From positions 197,823 through 261,822 of the forward strand of contig DASSEU010000051.1 in NCBI GenBank assembly GCA_035695125.1: a stretch of DNA of 64,000 nt. Direction: 5' to 3'. The first letter of the stretch is position 1. Each line of letters begins with the position of its first letter. Positions 38,016 through 47,676 of the stretch are shown here, piece after piece. The DNA comes from Acidimicrobiales bacterium (GTDB lineage Bacteria; Actinomycetota; Acidimicrobiia; Acidimicrobiales; JAJPHE01). The notes beneath the pieces were generated by a model. The model was not told the DNA's origin. It ran no database searches and saw nothing but the letters and a program-made list of their open reading frames with translations. The position numbers were made by a program, and so were the translations under genes.

Positions 38016-39152
38016 CTACGGCCGGCTGAGCACCAGCCCGGACCGGCCCGTCGTCACGAGTACCCGGCTGGCCCCGGCCACCTGGTTGGCGGCGGTCCCG
38101 CGGAGCTGGCGGACCGCTTCGGTGATGTTGTTCATGCCGTGGATGTAGGCCTCACCGAGGAGCCCGCCGTTGGTGTTGACCGGGACCTTCCCGCCGATGT
38201 CGATGTTCCCCGCTGCGATGAAGTCGCTGGCCTCCCCCGGTCCGCAGAACCCGTACGCCTCCAGCTGGACGTGCACGATCGGGGAGAAGTTCTCGTAGAT
38301 CATGGCCACGTCGATGTCGTCGGGGCCGATACCGGCGGCCTCGTAGAGCCGGCGTCCGAGGGTCATCGCCTCCGGGAACTCGGCCATCTCGGGATGGAAG
38401 TAGTTGAACATCTCGTCCCCGCCGGCCAGCTGGGCCTGGTCGGCCGCCACGATGCGGGCCCCGCTGTTCGGGAGGTCGGCCAGCCGCTCGTCGCGAGTCA
38501 CCACCAGCGCGACGCCCCCGTCGCTCTCCTGGCAGCAGTCGAGCAGGCGCAGGATGGGCTCGACAATCCAGCGCGACGCCTGGTGGTCCTCCAGGGTTAT
38601 GGGCCGGCCGTAGAACCAGGCGGCGGGGTTGGTGGCGGCGTGGCGGCGCGCCACCACCGTGTAGCGCCCGAAGTCCTCGTTGGTGGCCCCGTAGCGGGCC
38701 ATGTAGCGCTGGAACTGCAGCCCGTAGATCTTGGCCGGGGTGTCCACGCCGAAGGGCTGGTACCAGTTCCACGCGGGGTCCCGGAGGCCCGCCGCCGGCT
38801 GGCCGAAGCGGCGCCCCGAGCGCTCGTTGAAGGCCCGGTAGACGAGAACGGCGTCAGCGGCGCCGGCCACGACCGCGGTGGCGGCCAGCTGGATGGTCGC
38901 GTTGGCGCCGCCGCCACCGCCGCGGGTGCGTGCCGTGTAGTGCAGTTCGGGGATGCCGAGGGTGCGGATGAGGCTCAGCTCGTCGTTGGCATCGATGGCG
39001 AAGGTCACGGTCCCGTCGATGTCGGCGGGCGTGAGGCCGGCGTCGGAGATGGCGGCCCGCGACGCCTCGGCGGCCAGTTGCAGCTCGCTGCGCCCGGACT
39101 CCTTCGAGAACTCCGTCTGGCCGATCCCGGCTATGACCGCACCCGTCTTCAC
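38016..39152 (-). CDS. Thiolase-like lipid-transfer protein (SCP-x/Ltp type, non-acetyltransferring thiolase family)
   Basis: MKTGAVIAGIGQTEFSKESGRSELQLAAEASRAAISDAGL...NTNGGLLGEAYIHGMNNITEAVRQLRG. Confidence 0.8.
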   Translation of the reverse strand: MKTGAVIAGIGQTEFSKESGRSELQLAAEASRAAISDAGLTPADIDGTVTFAIDANDELSLIRTLGIPELHYTARTRGGGGGANATIQLAATAVVAGAADAVLVYRAFNERSGRRFGQPAAGLRDPAWNWYQPFGVDTPAKIYGLQFQRYMARYGATNEDFGRYTVVARRHAATNPAAWFYGRPITLEDHQASRWIVEPILRLLDCCQESDGGVALVVTRDERLADLPNSGARIVAADQAQLAGGDEMFNYFHPEMAEFPEAMTLGRRLYEAAGIGPDDIDVAMIYENFSPIVHVQLEAYGFCGPGEASDFIAAGNIDIGGKVPVNTNGGLLGEAYIHGMNNITEAVRQLRGTAANQVAGASRVLVTTGRSGLVLSRP

Positions 39153-39168
39153 CGCTTACCCGTCCTCA

Positions 39169-39579
39169 TCAGCCGGCCGCCGCGGCCGGGCGGAACTGCG
39201 GGAGCACCACACCGTCGTATTCGACGAAGCACGCCTCGACCGCCATCCCGTTGCGCGCGTCCCCGGGCTCGACCTCGACGAGATTCGAGACGATCCTCAC
39301 CCCCTCGGCCAGCTCCACCAGCACGACGATGCGGGGCGCGGCGTCGGGCCCGGTGGGATGGTGGGAGAGGAGCCAGGCGTAGACGGTGCCCCGGCCACTC
39401 GCCTCCCGCGTCGTCCACGACGCCGACCCGCACGCCGGGCACAGGGGAGTGGGCGGGTGCTGGAGGCGGCCGCACGCCCCGCACTGGCGGAGGAGCAGGC
39501 GCCCCTCCCTGGCCCCGTCCCAGAACCAGGCGTCGTCGGGACCGGGGCGGGGGGCGATCACGTTCGGCACTGCACCCAC
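39169..39579 (-). CDS. DUF35 OB-fold / zinc-ribbon protein (partner of Ltp thiolases)
   Basis: LRQCGACGRLQHPPTPLCPACGS is a zinc ribbon. An OB fold follows (GTVYAW...VVLVEL...VEACFV). Confidence 0.75.
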   Translation of the reverse strand: MGAVPNVIAPRPGPDDAWFWDGAREGRLLLRQCGACGRLQHPPTPLCPACGSASWTTREASGRGTVYAWLLSHHPTGPDAAPRIVVLVELAEGVRIVSNLVEVEPGDARNGMAVEACFVEYDGVVLPQFRPAAAAG

Positions 39580-39595
39580 CCCGCCATCGCCGCCG

Positions 39596-42043
39596 TCACG
39601 GGCCGGCCACGGGGGCGTCGCGCACCACCCCCGCCGCGACCAGCTCGTCGACCTCGGCGCCGGTGTAGCCGTGCTCGAGCAGGACTTGGCGGGAGTGCTC
39701 CCCGCACAGGCACGGACCCCGGCTGATCACGCCCGGAGTGGCGGACAGGTTGACCAGGAGCCCGGGGTCCTCGAACCGCCCCACCCCCCCGGCCCGGGTC
39801 TCGACGACCAGCTGGGCGGCCCGCGCCTCGGGGTCGTCGAACAGCTCCCGGCAGAAGTCCTCGTCCACGATCTCCACCGGCACCCCGGCGCCGTCGAGCT
39901 CCTCGAACCAGGCCCGGGCCGGACGCTCGGCGAAGCGCGCCTCAGCCGCGGCCGCCAGCTTCTCGGGGTCCTCGAGGGCGGCCTCCGGCTCCCCGAGGGT
40001 GTGGACCAGGGCCAGGCGAGCCCCGGACGTGGCGGCGGCCACGAAGATCCAGCGCCCGTCCCCGGCCTGGTACAGGCGGTAGAACGGGGACAGCCCGTGC
40101 TGACCGCCGTCCACGTGGAGCCAGTCTCCGGGGCGGCCGTCGGCGTGGATCCAGGCGTAGGACGTGTTGAGCAGCCCGGCGTTCACGATCGAGGTGCTCA
40201 CCTCCTGTCCCTCTCCGGTCCGGTCCCGGTGGTAGAGGGCGGCGGTGATGCCGATGGCGGCCAGGAGGGCGTTGCCGGTGTCGCCCATGTTCGAGCGGCT
40301 CCACAGCGGCGGGTTGCCAGCGTCGCACGCCCCGTCCTCCCACTCGGTGCCCGTGAGGGCGGCGGCGGTCTGGTCGGTGCCGGGCAGGAGGGCGCGGGGC
40401 CCCTTCTCGTAGCCGCGGGTGTTGCAGTACACCAGGCGGGGATTGGCGGCCCGCAGGGTCTCGTAGTCGATGCCCAGCCGGGCGGCCGCCCCCGGACGCC
40501 AGTTGGTCATCACCACGTCGCTCCGCCCGACCAGTCGCTGCAGTATCTCCCTGCCCCGGGGGTGCTTGAGGTTGAGCGAGATGCTGCGCTTGCCCCGGTT
40601 GGTGCCGAGGCCCATGTGCGTACCGGCCCAGAACGTGTCGTGAAGGGCGTGGACCTTGACGACCTCGGCGCCCAGATCGGCCAGCATCTTGGGGGCGAAC
40701 GGCCCCGCCACCCCCAGCCCGAGATCCAGGACGCGTACGCCGGCCAGGGGATGGGCCGGCACGGGCCCGACGTCCGTGTCGGCGCCGCCGCCCCGCTGCG
40801 AGGACGACGCCGTAGGGCCCGCGGACATGGCCTCGGCCAGCACCACGTCAGTGTGCGTCCCCGGCGCCACCGTCGGGCCCTGAACGGCGCCCGGCGTGGC
40901 CGACAGCTCGATCAGCATTCCGGCGTGCCGGATGGGACCCACCTCCGGGTCGTCGACCTCGACCACGCAGCCGTCGGCGCCGTACGCCTCGTCGGCCAGG
41001 GCCTCGGCGGGAGACCGCACGAGCGCCACGCCCATGCCGGCCTTCTCTCCGGCCGCCACCCATTCGGCTGAGGGGAATTTGGCGAAGGCCTCGGCCAGGA
41101 GAGGGTGGAGGAACATGCCCGAGAGCAGTCCGTCCGGCTCCATCGAGAGACGATCGGGATCGTCGCGGTACTTCGTGTCGAGGGGGGCCGGGTCCAGCTC
41201 TTCGCCCGCTGCAGCGGCCAGGACCCAGCTGGGCCGGACCGTCCAGTGGTGGACCCAGCGCCCGTCGCTGCACTCGAAGAGGCCCTCGATCGACCGGGAG
41301 TCGACCGGCCACATCCAGTAAACGGGGGCGTCGGGGTTCTCGACGCGCTGCCAGTTGAGGCCGACGGCGGCCAGGGCGCCCTGCAGGAGCGAGGTCTCCA
41401 CCCACTGGCCCTGCCCGCTCACCGCCCGCACCCGGAGAGCCGCCGCGATGCCGAGCGACGCCAGGTAGGTGGCGCCGAGGCTGGGCCAGGTCGAGCGGGG
41501 GAACACGGGCCCGGCCCGGCCGGCGCCCCGCGCCAGGCCCTCGGGCGGGCCGAACTCGGGATGGGGCCCGGGCCGGCCCGCGATGTACTCCATGGCCGTT
41601 CCAGGGCGGCCCCGCTGGTCGTGGAGCAGGCCGGTGCGGGCCGCGACCAGGGCGTCGTAGCCGGGCCGGGACGAATGCCGGTTGGCGCGGCCGTAACCCG
41701 TGATCGAGCAGTACACCAGGCCGGGGTTGTCGGCACCCAGCGTCCCGTAGTCGATCCCGAGGCGCGACGTCGTGCCCGGGGAGAACGACTCGACGACGAT
41801 GTCGGCCCGGTTGGCCAGGGCCAGGAAGGCGAGGCGTCCCTCCTCGGAACCCAGATCGAGGGTGGCCCGCCGCTTGCCCCGGTGCCAGACCCGGTCCCCG
41901 GACTGCGGCCCGAAGGGCGGCCCGCCGGGCCGCTCTATGCGGGTGACCTGCGCCCCGTTGTCGGCCAGCAGCATGGTGGTCATCGGGCCGGCAATGCCCC
42001 ACGACAGGTCCAGGACGCGCAGGCCTCCGTATACACCGGGCAC
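39596..42043 (-). CDS. Fused tandem CoA-transferase family III (CaiB/BaiF) protein, ~815 aa
   Basis: Two copies of the family signature: GLRVLDLSWGIAGPMTTMLLADNGAQV... and GVRVLDLGLGVAGPFAPKMLADLGAEV.... Inferred GTG start at 42043; the track start at 42208 would overlap the upstream amidohydrolase by 138 nt. Confidence 0.8.
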   Translation of the reverse strand: MPGVYGGLRVLDLSWGIAGPMTTMLLADNGAQVTRIERPGGPPFGPQSGDRVWHRGKRRATLDLGSEEGRLAFLALANRADIVVESFSPGTTSRLGIDYGTLGADNPGLVYCSITGYGRANRHSSRPGYDALVAARTGLLHDQRGRPGTAMEYIAGRPGPHPEFGPPEGLARGAGRAGPVFPRSTWPSLGATYLASLGIAAALRVRAVSGQGQWVETSLLQGALAAVGLNWQRVENPDAPVYWMWPVDSRSIEGLFECSDGRWVHHWTVRPSWVLAAAAGEELDPAPLDTKYRDDPDRLSMEPDGLLSGMFLHPLLAEAFAKFPSAEWVAAGEKAGMGVALVRSPAEALADEAYGADGCVVEVDDPEVGPIRHAGMLIELSATPGAVQGPTVAPGTHTDVVLAEAMSAGPTASSSQRGGGADTDVGPVPAHPLAGVRVLDLGLGVAGPFAPKMLADLGAEVVKVHALHDTFWAGTHMGLGTNRGKRSISLNLKHPRGREILQRLVGRSDVVMTNWRPGAAARLGIDYETLRAANPRLVYCNTRGYEKGPRALLPGTDQTAAALTGTEWEDGACDAGNPPLWSRSNMGDTGNALLAAIGITAALYHRDRTGEGQEVSTSIVNAGLLNTSYAWIHADGRPGDWLHVDGGQHGLSPFYRLYQAGDGRWIFVAAATSGARLALVHTLGEPEAALEDPEKLAAAAEARFAERPARAWFEELDGAGVPVEIVDEDFCRELFDDPEARAAQLVVETRAGGVGRFEDPGLLVNLSATPGVISRGPCLCGEHSRQVLLEHGYTGAEVDELVAAGVVRDAPVAGP

Positions 42044-42069
42044 GGGACGCTCCTCCGCCGCCAGGTCGG

Positions 42070-43143
42070 CTACAGGCCCCAGACCCGGGCCGCGTTCCCG
42101 CTGACCATCAGCTCGCGCTCGCCAGCGGGGACGCCCGAGAACTGCTCCTCGACGACCTTCCGGGAGTGGGGCCAGCTGGTCACCGGGTGCGGGTAGTCGG
42201 TCGACCACAGCAGGTTCTCGACGCCGAGGCGGTGTCTGAGCAGCTGGACACCGTCGGGCTCGTCGATGAAGGTCAGATGCACGTTGCGGTGGAAGTAGTA
42301 GCTGGGAAGCTCCTGGATGGCGGGATAGTCGTAGCCCTGGCGCAGCACCATGTCGTCAACGGTCTGCACCCACCAGGCCACCCACCCGAGGCCCGGCTCC
42401 ACGAAGACGACCTTGAGATCGGGGAAGCGCTCGAAGACGCCGCCCATGATCCACATGCCCAGCGCCTCAGCGCAGGTCAGCGGCGTCATCGGGACCATGA
42501 TCCCCTTCTGGGGCGTCGGGTCGCGTCGGGTCAGGTCGTCGAGGCCGGTGTTGAGACCGATGTGGCAGCAGATCGGCAGGCCTGTCTCCTGGATGGTGCC
42601 GAAGAGCGGCTCGTAGCGCTCGTGGTGGTAGTCGGCCAGGCCGAACTCCGGCGGGAAGACGGGCAGCTGCAGCGAACGGGCACCCAGGGCCGCCACCCGG
42701 TTGACCTCCCGGACGGCGGCGTCGATGTCGTGGATCGGGACCTGGTAGGTGACGACCAGGCGCCTTGGGTCGGGCTCGGAGAACCAGGTCAGCACGTCGT
42801 TGAACGCCCGCGTGGCCTCGCTGGCCCCCTCGGCCAGGTCGGCCAGGTACCGGAAGGCGCTGACCTCGGAGTAGATGACCTCGGCCTCCACGCCGTCGGC
42901 GTCCATGTCCCGGAGGCGCTCAACGGGGTCCGCGTAACCCGGGCGGGTGAAGGCGGCGTTGCGCCCGCCCACCCCCATCTGGGCTCCCTTGGCGTTGGCC
43001 CCTCCTGCGCCGGCGGCCATGCGCGCCTGGAACCGGCCCACGGCGTCGTCGTAGACGGCGTGCAGCCGGCTCGGGAGGTTGGCCTTTATCTGCTCCTGGG
43101 AGACCTTGACGTGAGAGTCGGCGGACAGGAGGCGCTCGGGCAT
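42070..43143 (-). CDS. Amidohydrolase-2 family protein (PF04909)
   Basis: MPERLLSADSHV...ICCHIG...WSTDYPHP. Confidence 0.75.
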   Translation of the reverse strand: MPERLLSADSHVKVSQEQIKANLPSRLHAVYDDAVGRFQARMAAGAGGANAKGAQMGVGGRNAAFTRPGYADPVERLRDMDADGVEAEVIYSEVSAFRYLADLAEGASEATRAFNDVLTWFSEPDPRRLVVTYQVPIHDIDAAVREVNRVAALGARSLQLPVFPPEFGLADYHHERYEPLFGTIQETGLPICCHIGLNTGLDDLTRRDPTPQKGIMVPMTPLTCAEALGMWIMGGVFERFPDLKVVFVEPGLGWVAWWVQTVDDMVLRQGYDYPAIQELPSYYFHRNVHLTFIDEPDGVQLLRHRLGVENLLWSTDYPHPVTSWPHSRKVVEEQFSGVPAGERELMVSGNAARVWGL

Positions 43144-43180
43144 GCAAGCACCATAGCAACAACTATGAAGCGATCAAGGG

Positions 43181-45514
43181 TCAGGACGTGATGACGCCGG
43201 CCAGCTCGAGGACCCGGTACGGCGGCAGGTACTGCTCCCACACCCGGGCCCCGTACGGCGCCAGCGCGTCGGCCACGGCGTTGGTGACGGTGGCCGGGGC
43301 CACCACCGCTCCGGCCTCCCCGACACCCCGGAAGCCGAGCTCGCCTTCCGGGTCGGTCTCGAGGTGCTCGATCTCGATGACCGGTATCTCGGCGGCCGTC
43401 GGGACCAGGTAGTCCATGAACGTGCCGGCCAGGAACTGGCCCTCCTCGTCATAGGCCGAGTGCTCGTAGAGCACCTCCCCGATGCCCTGCGCCACCCCGC
43501 CCCGGATCTGGCCCTCGACGATGGCGGGGTTGATCACCCGGCCGCAGTCCTCGGCAACGACGTAGCGGAGGATCCGCACCTGGCCGGTGCCGAGGTCGAC
43601 CTCGACCGTGCAGGCGTGGGTCCCCCCCGACCAGCCGCTGCCGGTGATGCCCTCACCGGTGAAGGTCTCGTGCACCTCGAGCACCCGCTCCGACCCCGGG
43701 GGCAGGGATCCCGGCGCCATGTAGACCTGCTGGGCCACCTGCGCCAGGGGCAGCGACCGTCCCGGCACGCCCTTCGGCACGATCACGCCGTCGGTGATCT
43801 CCAGGTCGGCCGCGCTGATCTCGAGCAGCTCGGCGGCAATGCCGAGGATCCGCTCCTTGAGCTTGCGGGTCGACACCAGGACGGCGCCGCTGGCCCAGGT
43901 CGACGCCCGGCTCCCGCCGGTCCCGATCAGGCTGAACGGGGTGATGTTGGTGTCCCCGTGGATCACTCGCACGTGCTCGAACGGCACACCCATCTCGTCC
44001 GCCGCGACCTGGGCCAGGGTGGTCTCGTGGCCCTGGCCGTGCGGGGACTGGGCCGTGACCACGACGAGGTGGCCGTCGGCCTCCAGCTTCACCTTGGCCT
44101 GCTCCCCGCCGAACATCCCCCCGCCCATACGCATCTCGGGCGGGCCCGGTGACGCCTCGATGAAGGTCGCAAAGCCGATCCCCAGGCACCTGCCCTCCTT
44201 CCGGCCCTCGGCCTGCTCGTTCCGGAAGTCCTGGTAGCCGATCCGCTCCAGGGCGCGCTCGAGCGACTGGCGCGAGGACACCCCCGCCAGGCTGAGCCCC
44301 GTGATCAGCCGGTCCTCGGGCTCTCCGTCCACCAGGTTGCGCCGGCGCACCTCGGCGGGGTCGAGGCCGAGCTCGGCGGCCACGATGTCGAGGATGCGCT
44401 CCCGGACCCACGTCTCCATCTCCCACGGGCCGCGGTAGGCGACGTAGCAGCACTTGTTGGTGCACACGACCCTCACGTCGAAGGTGTAGCCCTCGAGGCG
44501 GTACGGGCCCGGCAGGAGCATCTGCATGAGCGCGGTGTACATCGCGCTCGGGAACGGCACGGGCGGATACGCCCCCTGGTCCATCAGCATGTGCGCCTTG
44601 ATGCCGAGCAGGGTGCCGTCGGAGCGGACGGCCACCTCCACCTCGACCGTCTCCTCGCGCGCCTGGCCGGAGGCGAGCAAATGCTCGTTGCGGTCCTCGA
44701 TCCACTTGACCGGGGCGCCGACGGCGCGGCTGGCGGCGGCCACGGCCAGCTCCTCCCGGGACGGGAACCCCTTGAGCCCGAACGCACCCCCGATGTCGCG
44801 GGCCAGCACCCGTACCCGTTCGAGGGGCATCTGCATGACGGCCGCCAGCTGCATGCGTAGGCCGTGGGGGCCCTGGGTGGCGGCGTGGTAGGTGAGCTCG
44901 CCCGAGCCGGGGTCGTAGTCGGCCACTCCGCCGCGCGTCTCCATCGGCACGTTGGCCACCCGGTGCTGGCGGAGGGTGGCGGAGACCACCCGGTCGGCAC
45001 GGGCGAAGGCGCCGTCGGGGTCACCGAAGGAGGACTCCGAGCTGAACACCACGTTGTCCCCGTGCTCGTCGAACACGAGGGGGGCGGCGGGGTCGAGGGC
45101 GGCCTCGTAGGTGGCGACCGCCGGGAGGGGGTCGTAGTCCACCTCGATCAGCTCGCAGGCGTCCTCCGCCTGGTACCGGCTCTCGGCCACGACCATGGCC
45201 ACCGGGTCCCCGACGAAGCGCACCTTGTCGGTCGGCAGGAGGGGGAACTTCGGCACCTTGGCGCCGAAAGCCATGGTTATCTCCACGGGCGCGGTCATCT
45301 CGGCCAGGTCGCGGCCCGTGAGCACCGCCACGACTCCGGGGGCCTTCCGGGCCGCGCTGGCGTCGACGGCGCCGATCACGGCGTGGGCCAGGGGGCTGCG
45401 CAGGAAGGCGGCGTGCAGCATGTGCGGGAGCTTGAGGTCGTCGACGTAGTGACCCCGTCCCGTCAGGATGCGGCGGTCCTCGACCCGCTCGACCTTGGCG
45501 CCGACGAACCTCAT
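43181..45514 (-). CDS. Molybdopterin-dependent hydroxylase large subunit (xanthine dehydrogenase / aerobic CO dehydrogenase CoxL family)
   Basis: MRFVGAKVERVEDRRILTGRGHYVDD...GGAFGLKG...VAYRGPWEME...GEAGAVVAPATVTNAVADAL. The start is the internal Met of track ORF 43181..45862 and overlaps the stop of the upstream subunit (ATGA). Confidence 0.8.
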   Translation of the reverse strand: MRFVGAKVERVEDRRILTGRGHYVDDLKLPHMLHAAFLRSPLAHAVIGAVDASAARKAPGVVAVLTGRDLAEMTAPVEITMAFGAKVPKFPLLPTDKVRFVGDPVAMVVAESRYQAEDACELIEVDYDPLPAVATYEAALDPAAPLVFDEHGDNVVFSSESSFGDPDGAFARADRVVSATLRQHRVANVPMETRGGVADYDPGSGELTYHAATQGPHGLRMQLAAVMQMPLERVRVLARDIGGAFGLKGFPSREELAVAAASRAVGAPVKWIEDRNEHLLASGQAREETVEVEVAVRSDGTLLGIKAHMLMDQGAYPPVPFPSAMYTALMQMLLPGPYRLEGYTFDVRVVCTNKCCYVAYRGPWEMETWVRERILDIVAAELGLDPAEVRRRNLVDGEPEDRLITGLSLAGVSSRQSLERALERIGYQDFRNEQAEGRKEGRCLGIGFATFIEASPGPPEMRMGGGMFGGEQAKVKLEADGHLVVVTAQSPHGQGHETTLAQVAADEMGVPFEHVRVIHGDTNITPFSLIGTGGSRASTWASGAVLVSTRKLKERILGIAAELLEISAADLEITDGVIVPKGVPGRSLPLAQVAQQVYMAPGSLPPGSERVLEVHETFTGEGITGSGWSGGTHACTVEVDLGTGQVRILRYVVAEDCGRVINPAIVEGQIRGGVAQGIGEVLYEHSAYDEEGQFLAGTFMDYLVPTAAEIPVIEIEHLETDPEGELGFRGVGEAGAVVAPATVTNAVADALAPYGARVWEQYLPPYRVLELAGVITS

Positions 45515-45999
45515 TGGGCCCCCTCCTTCCCGGCCAGCAACTGGGCGGCCAGCCGCACGCCATCCACGATGGACTGGTAGCCGGTGCAGCGGCACAGGTT
45601 CCCCGAGAGCTCGTGGCGCAGCTGCTCCTCGTCGAGATCCCCGCCCTCCTCGATCAGCGCCAGAGCGCTCATCACGAAGCCGGGGGTGCAGAAGCCGCAC
45701 TGGAAGCTGAAGCTGCGGCGGAAGGCCTCCTGCAGCGGGTGCAGCTCCCCGTTCTCCTCCAGCCCCTCGATGGTCCGCACGTCGGCACCGCCCGCCTGCA
45801 CGGCCAGCATCAGGCAGGAGCGCACGGGTGCCCCGTCCACCAGCACCGTGCACGCCCCGCACACACCGTGTTCGCAGCCGACATGGGTGCCGGTCAGCTG
45901 GAGATCCTCCCTGAGGAAGTCGACGAGCGTCCGGCGGGGCTCGGCCAGGCCCTGACGCTCCCGTCCGTTGACGGTGAGGGTGATGATCTCGGTGGTCAC
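45511..45999 (-). CDS. [2Fe-2S]-binding small subunit of a molybdenum hydroxylase (CoxS-like)
   Basis: VTTEIITLTVNGRE...GTHVGCEHGVCGACTVLVDG...QCGFCTPGFVMS...CRCTGY. GTG start at 45999, overlapping the previous stop. Confidence 0.85.
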   Translation of the reverse strand: MTTEIITLTVNGRERQGLAEPRRTLVDFLREDLQLTGTHVGCEHGVCGACTVLVDGAPVRSCLMLAVQAGGADVRTIEGLEENGELHPLQEAFRRSFSFQCGFCTPGFVMSALALIEEGGDLDEEQLRHELSGNLCRCTGYQSIVDGVRLAAQLLAGKEGAQ

Positions 46000-46868
46000 G
46001 CCGCCCCCTTCGCCCGGTCGAAGGCTTCCGCGAGCGCTCGTCGGGCCAGCACGGCCGCCAGATGGCGGCGGTAGGCGGGGGTGCCGTGCAGGTCCCCCGG
46101 CGGGTCGAGCTGGCCGGCCGCCACCCTCCCCGCCTCCTCCCACAGCTCGGTGGACGGGGTGGCCCCGACCAGCACCGCCTCGGCGGCGGCGGGCCGGACC
46201 GGCGTTCCCGCCACTCCGGAGAAGGCCAGCCGGGCCTGGCCGACGCGGCCGCCCCCGTCGAGGGCCAGCAGGCAGGCCACCCCCGCCACGCCGAAGTCCC
46301 CGCTGCGCCGGCTGAACTCCTGGAACGACCAGCCCGCCCCCGCCGGCCACGCCGGCACGCGCACGGTGGTCAGCAGCTCGTCCGGCTCCAGGGCGGTGGT
46401 GAGGAAGCCCTCGAACAGGTCGGCGGCGGCCACGGTACGGCTGCCCCGCCGGCTCGTCGCCACCACCTCCCCGTCGAGGGCCAGCAGCACCGCCGGCAGC
46501 TCGGCGGCCGGGTCGGCGTGGGCCAGACTGCCCCCGATCGTCCCCCGGCTCCTGATGGCGGCGTGGCCGACGAGGCGCAGGGCGTCGGAAACCAGCGGCG
46601 CCTCGGCCCTGACATCCGCCGAGCGCTCGGCGGCGCGGTGGCGGACCATGGCGCCGAGCTCGAGGCCGGACCCGTCCTTGATGTGGCCCAGCTCCGTGAC
46701 CGCGTTGATGTCGACGAGCACGCCCGGCCGGGCCAGGCGCAGGCTCAGCAGCGGCAGCAGGCTCTGGCCCCCGGCCAGCACCTTGGCCTCGTCACCGTGC
46801 TCGGCCAGGAGGTCGACGGCCTCCTCGACGGACCGGGCGGCCGAGTACTCGAACGGCGGCGGCTTCAA
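45996..46868 (-). CDS. FAD-binding medium subunit of a molybdenum hydroxylase (CoxM-like)
   Basis: LKPPPFEYSAARSVEEAVDLLAEHGDEAKVLAGGQSLLPLL. Inferred TTG start, preceded by AGGAGG. Confidence 0.75.
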   Translation of the reverse strand: MKPPPFEYSAARSVEEAVDLLAEHGDEAKVLAGGQSLLPLLSLRLARPGVLVDINAVTELGHIKDGSGLELGAMVRHRAAERSADVRAEAPLVSDALRLVGHAAIRSRGTIGGSLAHADPAAELPAVLLALDGEVVATSRRGSRTVAAADLFEGFLTTALEPDELLTTVRVPAWPAGAGWSFQEFSRRSGDFGVAGVACLLALDGGGRVGQARLAFSGVAGTPVRPAAAEAVLVGATPSTELWEEAGRVAAGQLDPPGDLHGTPAYRRHLAAVLARRALAEAFDRAKGAA

Positions 46869-46872
46869 GCGG

Positions 46873-46878
46873 ACCTCC
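46873..46878 (-). promoter_or_regulatory. Shine-Dalgarno AGGAGG for the CoxM-like gene
   Basis: caggaggtccgcTTG on the minus strand, 6 nt upstream of the inferred start. Confidence 0.5.
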
Positions 46879-46917
46879 TGACGCGACGGCGGCCGCTGGC
46901 GTGGCCCCGGCCGGATT

Positions 46918-47676
46918 GTGCCATCCTCAGCCGTGCGCCGTCTGGTGCCGACCCCTTCGGACCAAGTGGACCTGGTTGAGGCGTACGCGCCACCCGAGAC
47001 GCCGCCTGACCGCCCCTTCGTCCGCTGCAACATGATCTCGAGCATCGACGGCGCCATAGCCGTGGAGGGGCGCTCCGGGATGCTCGGCGGTCCGGGTGAC
47101 CGCCGCGTGTTCGCGACGCTCCGCTCGCTCGCCGACGTGATCCTGGTGGGAGCGGGCACGGTGCGCGCCGAGGGCTACGGGCCCGCCCGCCTCGGGGCCG
47201 AGGTCCGGGCGGCCCGCGAGCAGCGCGGCCAGGCGCCCCTGCCCCCGATCGCGGTCGTGACCAGCTCGGCCAATCTCGACTGGTCGGCGCCGTTCTTCAG
47301 CGACGCCGGCGCCCGCCCGCTGGTGCTGACCTCCTCGGAGGGAGCCGAGCGGGCGGGGGACCGGGCCCGGGAGGTGGCCGAGGTGATCGTCGCCGGCCAG
47401 GGCGGCGTCGACCTGCCCACGGCGGTCGCGCTGCTGTACGGGCGCGGTCTGCGCCATGTGCTCGGAGAGGGCGGCCCCGGCCTCAACGCCGAGCTGGCCC
47501 AGGCGGAGCTGCTCGACGAGCTCTGCCTCACCATGGCGCCCCGGCTCGTGGGTGGCGCCGGCCCGCGCGTCCTGGCGGGGGAGGAGCTGCGCCCCCCGGT
47601 CGACCTCGAGCTCGTGCAGCTGCTCGAGGAGGACGGATTCCTCTTCTACCGGCTCAGGCTCCCGCCCCGGCGGTAG
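46918..47676 (+). CDS. Dihydrofolate reductase-like / RibD C-terminal domain reductase
   Basis: CNMISSIDGAIAVEGRSG...GGPGDRRVFATLRSLADVILVGAGTV...VLGEGGPGLNAEL. Confidence 0.7.
   Translation: MPSSAVRRLVPTPSDQVDLVEAYAPPETPPDRPFVRCNMISSIDGAIAVEGRSGMLGGPGDRRVFATLRSLADVILVGAGTVRAEGYGPARLGAEVRAAREQRGQAPLPPIAVVTSSANLDWSAPFFSDAGARPLVLTSSEGAERAGDRAREVAEVIVAGQGGVDLPTAVALLYGRGLRHVLGEGGPGLNAELAQAELLDELCLTMAPRLVGGAGPRVLAGEELRPPVDLELVQLLEEDGFLFYRLRLPPRR

Noticed and set aside
37905-39668. A 587 aa plus-strand ORF
   Set aside because: It is antisense to the thiolase and DUF35 genes. Its second half is an Arg/Pro/Gly-rich low-complexity run.
42043-42208. The longer N-terminal extension of the double-CaiB gene (track start at 42208)
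   Set aside because: It would overlap the upstream amidohydrolase by 138 nt and adds only an Arg/Gly-rich segment with no CaiB homology. The GTG at 42043 gives the canonical start ...GLRVLDLS....
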